Part shown: piece by piece, positions 27,561 to 33,448 of the stretch | Layout of the letters: the number at the start of each line of letters is the position of its first letter | Position numbering within the stretch: the first letter of the stretch is position 1 | Assembly: GCA_026389055.1 (NCBI GenBank) | Contig: JAPLIO010000214.1 | Coordinates: 1-33,448 of the forward strand | Direction: 5' to 3' | Length of the DNA stretch: 33,448 bases | DNA from: Candidatus Melainabacteria bacterium | GTDB lineage: Bacteria > Cyanobacteriota > Vampirovibrionia > Vampirovibrionales > JAJTHC01 | Notes under the pieces: model-generated | Database searches by the model: none | Told to the model about the DNA's origin: nothing | What the model saw: only the letters and a program-made list of their open reading frames with translations | Translations under genes and position numbers: made by a program

Positions 27561-27628
27561 CGTCATTTCGAGCTTGTCGAGGTCCCCTTAGACGCTAAGG
27601 AGATTCCTCGGCTACGCTCGGAATGACG
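27561..27628. repeat. 68-nt nested palindromic hairpin element in the antiporter leader
   Basis: The outer 13-bp stem pairs CGTCATTTCGAGC with GCTCGGAATGACG. Inner helices are CGAGG/CCTCG and TTAG-ACG-CTAA. The GAATGACG/CGTCATT arms resemble short palindromic repeats that yield spurious '...ERSRGIS...' ORFs in other genomes (from memory, not checked). Confidence 0.55.
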
Positions 27629-27653
27629 AAACCAACCGTTGAAAGAGTCTGCC

Positions 27654-28922
27654 ATGCCCACCGTTTCCCATACCGAAATAGCCATGCCTGCCCTACTGTT
27701 TTTAATGGGCGGCGTATTATTGTTAATAGCCCTAGGTAGCCAAAGCTTCAAAAAACGAGGGCTTTCCCCCGTAGTAGGTGAAATGCTGGTAGGCATGGCG
27801 ATAGGGCCTTTCGGTTTTGGATGGCTTCAGCCCAATTTGGTACTTCATGTACTGGCGGAACTAGGCTTGGTGTTTTTGCTACTTGAAACGGGGCTAGAAA
27901 CCCAAATTGCCAGCCTATGGGCAGCAGGGAAATCTTCCTTAAAAGTAGCCGTTATAGGGGTTGTTTTACCCCTTATTTTAGGTACAGGTATTGGGCTAGC
28001 GTTTCAGTTGCCCCTATTGACAGCCGTTTTAGTGGGGGCAACGCTTTCCGCTACCAGTATTGGTATTACCGCCAAAGCCCTGCAGGAATTAGACCTGCAA
28101 CATCGCCCAGAAACAGCGATTATTCTGGGTGCAGCGGTGATAGATGACGTACTGGGCTTGCTGATTTTAGCCTTATTGCAAGGCTTGTTTTCATCGGCAG
28201 GAAAAGGAACGGAAATCGCCTTCACACTGGCTAATTTAATGCCTTTGTTGGGTATTATAAGCCTTGTTGCTATCGGCTATTGTGGCAGAAACTGGCTATT
28301 AACCGCTGTTTTACCGCAGATTGTTCGGGTAGGTAAGTGGTTCACGAAGAAATTAGTCGTCCCCAAAGATGGGTCTGCTAAAGAGGTTTTCATTTTAATA
28401 GGCGGTATGTTGTGCTTGTTGGCAGGGTTGAATCAAACCATCGGGCTTTCTACGGCGTTGGGGGGCTTTATGGTGGGGCTAGCCCTACAAAAATGGAGCA
28501 ATAATGAACCTCGGTTACAGTCTGTGGTGCAAGAAGTAGGCGTGGTGGGCAGTTTGATGATTCCCTTTGCGTTTGTGAATTTGGGTATGCAACTCAACTG
28601 GAAGCAGCTAATTCCTGTTGATGCTAGCGTGTTTAGCCCTCCGTTGTTGTGGGTGGCGTTGGGGATTACCGTTATTGCCTTTATTAGTAAGTATTTGGCG
28701 GGGTTTGCCGTGCCGAAAGCCAACGGAATGAATCGGTCGTTGATTGGGTTGGGGATGATTCCTCGGGGGGAAGTGGGGTTAATTTTTGTGCAGGTGGGGT
28801 TGAGTGTGGGTGCATTGACTGATTTTTGGGCGAATGTGTTGGTGCTGGCGGTTTGTATTTCCACGCTGATTCCGCCTATTTTGCTTAAAATGGCGGTGCA
28901 AGCAGAAAAGAAGCAATCATGA
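27654..28922 (+). CDS. Cation:proton antiporter (CPA2 / Na+/H+ exchanger family)
   Basis: About 12 TM helices. The motifs LGLVFLLLETGLET and GMIPRGEVGLIF are typical of Kef/NapA-type exchangers. The ATG at 27654 is preferred over the TTG at 27639. Confidence 0.85.
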   Translation: MPTVSHTEIAMPALLFLMGGVLLLIALGSQSFKKRGLSPVVGEMLVGMAIGPFGFGWLQPNLVLHVLAELGLVFLLLETGLETQIASLWAAGKSSLKVAVIGVVLPLILGTGIGLAFQLPLLTAVLVGATLSATSIGITAKALQELDLQHRPETAIILGAAVIDDVLGLLILALLQGLFSSAGKGTEIAFTLANLMPLLGIISLVAIGYCGRNWLLTAVLPQIVRVGKWFTKKLVVPKDGSAKEVFILIGGMLCLLAGLNQTIGLSTALGGFMVGLALQKWSNNEPRLQSVVQEVGVVGSLMIPFAFVNLGMQLNWKQLIPVDASVFSPPLLWVALGITVIAFISKYLAGFAVPKANGMNRSLIGLGMIPRGEVGLIFVQVGLSVGALTDFWANVLVLAVCISTLIPPILLKMAVQAEKKQS

Positions 28923-28938
28923 ATAGTATTTTCTTAAG

Positions 28939-29156
28939 TCGATTGTCGTTCCTAGCTTTCGCTGGTTGGTTTGTCAGGGGGCTGTCGTTTGACAGCCCCC
29001 CGACACCCCCCACAAATTCAGGGGCAAGCCCCTAAAAACCCCCGAAAAAACACCCCCTATGCCACCAGAAGGGCATTGACGGGGGATGCTTTTTTCGCCC
29101 CTTCGGTGGACGAAACGCTGTGCGAAAGACGCACAGGTCGTTCCTACCAGTTGGTC
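28939..29156 (+). repeat. Family B GC-rich structured element, copy 1
   Basis: Aligns with the reverse complement of 32391-32642. Helices include GGGGGCTGTC-GTTT-GACAGCCCCC, GGGGC-AA-GCCCC, CCCCC...ATGCC-ACCAGAA-GGCAT...GGGGG, C-TTCG-G and CTGTGCG-AAAGA-CGCACAG. A 10-nt direct repeat GTCGTTCCTA lies at 28945-28954 and 29137-29146. Confidence 0.75.
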
Positions 29157-29196
29157 AATTTTTACATTATTAAAGGTTTAATGGGACTCAATCATC

Positions 29197-29589
29197 ATGA
29201 AAAACAACCCCCTACATCCTGTTGCGGATTTGGAACAGATTTTAACCCATCTAAGGGCGTTTTATTTCCCGAAAGCCCCTGCATTGGCGGATTTATATAC
29301 TAGGCTGAACGAAGCTAGAGCTTGGTTTAATGCGAACGTTGAAGGCTTTACGATGATTTTGGAAGATGTTTGGAATGAAACAACCGAACACCAAACCAGG
29401 ATAGACTACCAACTCCGAAGCCTTACCACGAAAGATGAAAGCACTCCGCTAGCTAGCGATGTTTACGGCAATAGGCGGGATGCTAACGGTGTTTGGCATT
29501 TAGAGGCTTATCAGCAGTCGGTTTTATTTCTGGATACCGACCTTTCAATGGTGCGGTCTTTCCTACTAGCAAATGCCCCGAAAATGTAA
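29197..29589 (+). CDS. Hypothetical protein
   Basis: 130-aa ORF with an ATG start and no recognisable motif. It lies between family B copy 1 and hicA. Confidence 0.5.
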   Translation: MKNNPLHPVADLEQILTHLRAFYFPKAPALADLYTRLNEARAWFNANVEGFTMILEDVWNETTEHQTRIDYQLRSLTTKDESTPLASDVYGNRRDANGVWHLEAYQQSVLFLDTDLSMVRSFLLANAPKM

Positions 29590-29656
29590 CTATTTTTAGT
29601 TGTATTTTTTTGAAAGCTATGCCATACTAAGTTTAGTTACAGAAAAAAGAGGTTTT

Positions 29657-29905
29657 ATGTCCAAACAAGCCAAATTATTGGAAAAACTCAAAAATAATTC
29701 AGCCCTAAAATGGGACGAACTGGCAACGCTGTTGAAGTCTCTTGGGTTTGAACTAATCCACGAGGCAGGGTCTCGACGGAAATTTTGGCATCAATCTTCT
29801 AATACATTAATTAACTTACATCAACCGCACCCACAACCCGAACTTAAAAGGTATCAGAAAACATTGGTGCTTGAAGCCCTACAAAACGGAGGTTTTCTAT
29901 CATGA
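29657..29905 (+). CDS. hicA: HicA-family mRNA interferase toxin
   Basis: 82 aa from the ATG at 29657, with AGAGG upstream. The pattern W.EL..LL..LGFE......GS.RKF.H.......L.L..PH..P.LK.Y fits HicA. It overlaps the downstream hicB by 4 nt (ATGA). Confidence 0.8.
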   Translation: MSKQAKLLEKLKNNSALKWDELATLLKSLGFELIHEAGSRRKFWHQSSNTLINLHQPHPQPELKRYQKTLVLEALQNGGFLS

Positions 29906-30258
29906 AGTCAGATTTTTTAACCCACAAAGGGTATTCTGGGTCAGTTTCTTATTCTGCCGAAGATAACTGCTTATTTGGCAAAATAGAATTTATTAAAGAT
30001 TTAGTTACTTATGAAGGCGAAACCGTTGCCCAAGTGAAAGTGGCATTTGTTGAAGCGGTGGAAGATTATTTAGCCACCTGCGAAACCTTGGGTAAAGAGC
30101 CTGAACAACCTTTTAAAGGGGTTTTTCAAGTGCGTACCAGCCCAGAGGTGCATCGGCAATTAGCTTTTTTCGCAAAGCATTCTGAAAAAAACTTGAATGA
30201 ATTAGCCAATGAAGCGTTTCAGCAGTATTTAAATCAACAGAAGCTAAAACAACCCTAG
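29902..30258 (+). CDS. hicB: HicB-family antitoxin
   Basis: HicB N-terminal pattern YKGYSGSV.YS.ED....G.I....D......G.T........F.EAVEDYL..C...G. The C-terminal F.VR..PE.H..LA..A........NE.....Q.YL is a RHH-like DNA-binding tail. Confidence 0.85.
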   Translation: MKSDFLTHKGYSGSVSYSAEDNCLFGKIEFIKDLVTYEGETVAQVKVAFVEAVEDYLATCETLGKEPEQPFKGVFQVRTSPEVHRQLAFFAKHSEKNLNELANEAFQQYLNQQKLKQP

Positions 30259-30310
30259 CCCCTGTTTATTACGGATTTCTTATGTTTTTCATCCCGAAGG
30301 GTTGCCTCAA

Positions 30311-30319
30311 TGCTATAAT
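30311..30319 (+). promoter_or_regulatory. Possible extended -10 promoter (TGCTATAAT) upstream of the pepA leader
   Basis: The TGnTATAAT match is at 30311-30319 with no convincing -35. If it is used, the family-A-like element at 30372-30551 lies in the pepA 5' UTR. Confidence 0.3.
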
Positions 30320-30371
30320 TTAACCGTGTCTAATTCGCAAAAATCACGATGTTATTTTTTCCTGTTGTTAT

Positions 30372-30551
30372 AGAAGCTGTTTGCATAGTTGTCAAGGAAG
30401 TGCAATTTCTAGGAATGAGGAACGCAATGACGGGCGTGTAGATTAACTACATAACCGAATGTTGATTCCACTGGAATCATTCTGCCGAAGGCAGAAAATA
30501 CCGCAAATGACAACGAAAGTGCCTTGATTGGCGACTATGCAGATAGCTTCT
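30372..30551 (+). repeat. Divergent family A structured element in the pepA leader region
   Basis: It shares GTGCA(A/G)(T/A)TTCTAGGAATGAGGAACG and TACCGCAAATGACAACGAA with the canonical copies. Its closing stem is different but complementary (AGAAGCTGTTTGCATAGT... / ...ACTATGCAGATAGCTTCT). Its apical hairpin is compensated (TGTAG-ATTAA-CTACA). It also has two extra hairpins (TGATTCC-ACT-GGAATCA and TCTGCC-GAA-GGCAGA). Confidence 0.65.
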
Positions 30552-30571
30552 TAGAAAAGTGAGACCCCATT

Positions 30572-32167
30572 ATGCCAGCTGTTACGCCAACAATTTTAGT
30601 TTCAGATAAATGCCCAACCAACGTGGATGTTACCACCGTTCTAGTGCCCGTATGGGGAGCAGAAGCCCCTGCCGATAAAACCGCCGAAGATGCCCCCAAG
30701 CCCAGCCTGCCAGAATCCAAAGCCCTCAGCTGCATGGCAGAAGGCATGGGCTTACCCATTTACGCAATCGCCGCCGAAGAAAAATTCACGGGCACGCTGG
30801 CAAAAACCCTCGTCTTTCGTATGCCTGAAAGCACCGAACACAAAATTAAACGCGTCGTATTGTTAGGCCTTGGCGAAGCTAAAAAACTGACGCTCGGCAA
30901 GCTAACCATGGCAATTGCCAGCGGGTTAAAATCCATTCAAGGGTGGAATGAAGACCTTCAAAAAGTCGCCATTTCCCTGCCTAAAGCTTATGAATTGTTT
31001 GGTGGGTCGTTAAATACGGCGGAGACACTGAAAACCAGCATTTCTACAGAAGAAATTACGCTAGCCGTAACCCGTGGTGTGTTTGCTGTAACCTACAAAG
31101 CCTTAGAAGCCAAAAAACCCGCCAAAGCCTTCGCTAACTTGGTTTACCTAACCCCTGAAGTAGCCACGGTTGAACAAGCCTTACCGTTAGCTATTGCTTT
31201 GAATGAAGGGCGTTCGTTAACCAAAGATTTAGTGAACATGCCAGCCAACACCAAAACGACAAAATCGTTAGTGGATGCGGCAAAGGCCATTGCTGATGAA
31301 TTTGCTTCGGTTTCAATCACCGTGGTAGATGACGTGGCTTGGATTGAAAAAGAAATGCCCTGCTTCTACCAAGTAGCCAGAGGTAGCGTTGCAACCGACC
31401 CTCCCAAATGGATTCACTTGGTTTACAAGGGTGCGAACCCGACTCGGAAAATTGCACTTGTTGGGAAGTCCGTCATTTTTGATACGGGCGGGTACCAAGT
31501 AAAACCGGGCGATTCCATGGTTACTATGAAGGGCGATATGGCAGGTGGAGCAAGTGTTTTAGGCACATTGAAAGCCATTGCAAAAGTAGCCCCTGCCCAC
31601 TTGGAATTGCACGTTTTCCTAGCCGCTACCCCCAACAAAATTGATAGCGACGCAATGGTGCCAGATTCAATTGTCAACACCACTTGCGGAAAAACCGTGG
31701 AAATTCGTCATACCGATGCGGAAGGGCGTTTGACCTTGATTGATGCGGTTACTTTAGCTTGCAAACAAGAACCTGAAGCCATTGTAACGGTTGCCACCTT
31801 AACGGGTGCAGCCATGATGGCGGTGGGTAGAACCATTGCCTTAATGAGCAATAACCCACATTGGGGCGATTTAGTGCATGCTGGGGCGGTTACGGCAGGC
31901 GAGCCCGTCCAAGCGTTGACGGTTACCCTTGAAGATTTTGAAAATATCCAATCCAAAGCCGAAGGGGCGGATTTACGCAACACCAACAAAGGCAGAACGC
32001 GTGGGGCTCAAACCGCAGCGGCGTTTGTGATGGAAGGTGCCGATGAGGGTGTTCCGTTGGTTCATCTGGATATTGCGGGTGCGGATATGACCGATGACGA
32101 GAAAGCGACTGCTTATTCTGTTGGTTCGTTAGTTCACTTTTTGTTGGCACTACCTGCCCAAAAATAG
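30572..32167 (+). CDS. pepA: Leucyl aminopeptidase (M17 family)
   Basis: M17 catalytic blocks VGKSVIFDTGGYQVKPG, MKGDMAGGA and HTDAEGRLTLIDA (matching the NTDAEGRL signature), plus TLTGA. Confidence 0.92.
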   Translation: MPAVTPTILVSDKCPTNVDVTTVLVPVWGAEAPADKTAEDAPKPSLPESKALSCMAEGMGLPIYAIAAEEKFTGTLAKTLVFRMPESTEHKIKRVVLLGLGEAKKLTLGKLTMAIASGLKSIQGWNEDLQKVAISLPKAYELFGGSLNTAETLKTSISTEEITLAVTRGVFAVTYKALEAKKPAKAFANLVYLTPEVATVEQALPLAIALNEGRSLTKDLVNMPANTKTTKSLVDAAKAIADEFASVSITVVDDVAWIEKEMPCFYQVARGSVATDPPKWIHLVYKGANPTRKIALVGKSVIFDTGGYQVKPGDSMVTMKGDMAGGASVLGTLKAIAKVAPAHLELHVFLAATPNKIDSDAMVPDSIVNTTCGKTVEIRHTDAEGRLTLIDAVTLACKQEPEAIVTVATLTGAAMMAVGRTIALMSNNPHWGDLVHAGAVTAGEPVQALTVTLEDFENIQSKAEGADLRNTNKGRTRGAQTAAAFVMEGADEGVPLVHLDIAGADMTDDEKATAYSVGSLVHFLLALPAQK

Positions 32168-32390
32168 GGGGTTGTTCCCTTGTTAAATGCGATAGGTGTA
32201 TTATTGCTTAGTTTGGGCTGAAATTTTTAGCTTCAAACCATAGGCAGTTGGCTAGCCACAGGCAAACTACTAGACCCCCGACTGCTCATTTCGGGGGCTT
32301 TTTGCTAGCCAAAAGTGCTAGATGCCCTTGATGCGATGGAGCAAGGCTTGGGCTTTAATACCAATTGACAATTTAAATAGCGTAAGCATG

Positions 32391-32642
32391 CAAACCACCC
32401 AGTAGGAACGACCATCGCATTTGCTCTGCAGCTGCCGATGCGTTCCGTCCACCGAAGGGGCAAAAAGAACATCCCGCCGTCAATGCCCTTCTGGTGGCAT
32501 AGGCGGGTGGCGTTTAGGGTGGTTTTTCCGTAGGGGCTTGCCCCTGAATTTGTCCAAAAAAATTAAAAAGCGTGTTGGGGGGTGCCCAAACAGGCACCCC
32601 CCCGACAAACCAACCAGCTAAAGACTGAAACAACAATCGATG
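32391..32642 (-). repeat. Family B GC-rich structured element, copy 2, inverted relative to copy 1
   Basis: Its reverse complement aligns with 28939-29156. It carries compensatory differences in helix 1 (GGGGGGTGCC/GGGCACCCCCC versus GGGGGCTGTC/GACAGCCCCC) and helix 3 (CCCGCC/GGCGGG versus CCCCC/GGGGG). It is somewhat longer because of an A/T-rich insertion. Confidence 0.75.
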
Positions 32643-32709
32643 AAAGAACACGCTATTTAATCTGTGAATCGGCATCCAGCAATAAAGCACAGACAAAAAG
32701 GGGGGTTCA

Positions 32710-33111
32710 ATGGATGGATTTCGCAGTAGCCAACTAGCCAAACAAGCGGGCGTTACGGTAGAAACATTACGGTACTATCATAAAGAAGCCCTACTACCCG
32801 AACCTGAAAAAACCGAAGCGGGGTATCGTATTTACACAACGCAGGATTTGTATCAAGTGTTGTTTATCAAACGGTGTCAAAGCTTAGGATTTTCCTTAAA
32901 AGAAATTAAAGGACTGATAGCCTTAAAAACCAATACCACAGCTTGTGCTAGCGAGGTAAAAGCATTAACCGTTAGTAAAATTGCCATTATCGAAGAAAAA
33001 ATGACGGTTTTAGAAGAAATAAAAGCAACCTTAACTGGGTTAGTTCAACAATGCGATGGTAAAGGAGGCGTTTCGGACTGTACTATTTTGAAAGCGTTAG
33101 AAAATAATTAG
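32710..33111 (+). CDS. MerR-family heavy-metal-responsive transcriptional regulator
   Basis: N-terminal wHTH (LAKQAGVTVETLRYYHKEALLPEP...GYRIY) followed by a coiled-coil dimerisation helix. Cysteines at residues 79, 115 and 124 are spaced like the metal ligands of MerR, ZntR and CadR. Confidence 0.88.
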   Translation: MDGFRSSQLAKQAGVTVETLRYYHKEALLPEPEKTEAGYRIYTTQDLYQVLFIKRCQSLGFSLKEIKGLIALKTNTTACASEVKALTVSKIAIIEEKMTVLEEIKATLTGLVQQCDGKGGVSDCTILKALENN

Positions 33112-33152
33112 GCAACTCTAATGAAAGGGAACTCCATCATGTCAAAAAAATC

Positions 33153-33296
33153 ATGGGTTTATTAGTATTAACCATTGTAGCTTTAGGGTTTATGGCACCC
33201 ACTTTACCTGCAATGGCAAACCACGAAGCTGGGCATAAATGCGAATGTTGTGGCGACCACTGCCAGTGCGAACCCACTTGTACTTGTACAAAATAA
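33153..33296 (+). CDS. Small secreted Cys/His-rich peptide (putative periplasmic metal-binding peptide); absent from the ORF track
   Basis: 47 aa reading MGLLVLTIVALGFMAPTLPAMA|NHEAGHKCECCGDHCQCEPTCTCTK. A hydrophobic signal with an AMA cleavage motif precedes a 25-aa mature part carrying 7 Cys and 3 His. It lies 41 nt downstream of merR and is followed by a terminator. The start is uncertain because of an upstream A7 tract. Confidence 0.55.
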   Translation: MGLLVLTIVALGFMAPTLPAMANHEAGHKCECCGDHCQCEPTCTCTK

Positions 33297-33319
33297 TACC
33301 GCTCTAAAATAACCAAAAT

Positions 33320-33361
33320 ACCGCTTTAGTTGATGCACTAGCATTACAAAAGCGGTTTTTT
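33320..33361 (+). terminator. Intrinsic terminator after the Cys-rich peptide gene
   Basis: ACCGCTTT pairs with AAAGCGGT, enclosing an inner TGATGC/GCATTA helix. A T6 run follows. Confidence 0.55.
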
Positions 33362-33367
33362 AATTAT

Positions 33368-33448
33368 TAGACCTCTTGCATGACTCGATATCTGGGGCAT
33401 CTTTTTTGTCATTTGCGGTACTCCTTTGGTTATTTAGTTAGTCTAAAC
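33368..33448 (-). repeat. Family A element, partial or interrupted copy at the window edge
   Basis: TAGACCTCTTGCATGACTCGATATCTGGGGCATCTTTTTTGTCATTTGCGGTACTC matches the first ~56 nt of the inverted copy at 21165. After that it diverges, and the window ends. Confidence 0.7.

Noticed and set aside
28971-29303. 110-aa plus-strand ORF across family B copy 1, together with the related ORFs 32421-32621 (+) and 32514-32741 (-) across copy 2.
   Set aside because: They run through the GC-rich hairpin repeat and encode low-complexity Pro/Gly/Arg strings. The similar peptide bits (QIQGQAP) only reflect nucleotide repeat identity read on different strands. ORF 28971 also overlaps the better-formed ORF at 29197. 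I treat all three as non-coding repeat read-through.
33421-33448. Similarity between the sequence after the truncated family A copy (CTTTGGTTATTTAGTTAG) and 585-625 downstream of the first copy (AAATAACCAATAG / TTATTTGTTAGTTAG).
   Set aside because: These are short AT-rich matches in mixed orientations, and the window ends before the region can be evaluated. They are likely chance.

Overview
This 33.4-kb window looks like the chromosome of a diderm bacterium. The RecF Walker-A motif 'NAQGK' and the general protein flavour weakly suggest a cyanobacteria-related or Melainabacteria-like lineage, but that is inference only. Most of the window is housekeeping genes: L25, recF, a J-domain co-chaperone, tRNA-fMet, an LptD-like outer-membrane protein, a double-hotdog acyl-CoA thioesterase, an SDR, tRNA-Asn, gmhB, pheS, ligA, glyQ, folC, a CPA2 cation/proton antiporter, M17 leucyl aminopeptidase and a heavy-metal-type MerR regulator. 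Between them sit accessory cassettes: HigB/HigA-like and HicA/HicB toxin-antitoxin pairs, an orphan MNT-type nucleotidyltransferase, two large prepilin-type proteins, and several visibly AT-richer orphan ORFs. There is no CRISPR array, rRNA, transposase or integrase. The most unusual content is non-coding. Family A is a roughly 146-nt TA-flanked palindromic element with four near-identical copies. Two further divergent members have different, compensating closing stems but keep the same internal unpaired motifs and apical hairpin. Family B is a GC-rich element of about 220-250 nt, present as an inverted pair with compensatory base changes in at least two helices, plus a solo 37-nt 5' module. 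In both families structure is better conserved than sequence, which fits a structured RNA or DNA function more than a plain MITE. I could not match either family to a class I know. Secondary leads are a MerR regulator followed by an unannotated 47-aa signal-peptide-bearing Cys/His-rich peptide just downstream of an A7 tract, an enrichment of tandem ATG start codons, and a folC operon carrying two paralogous membrane-anchored proteins.
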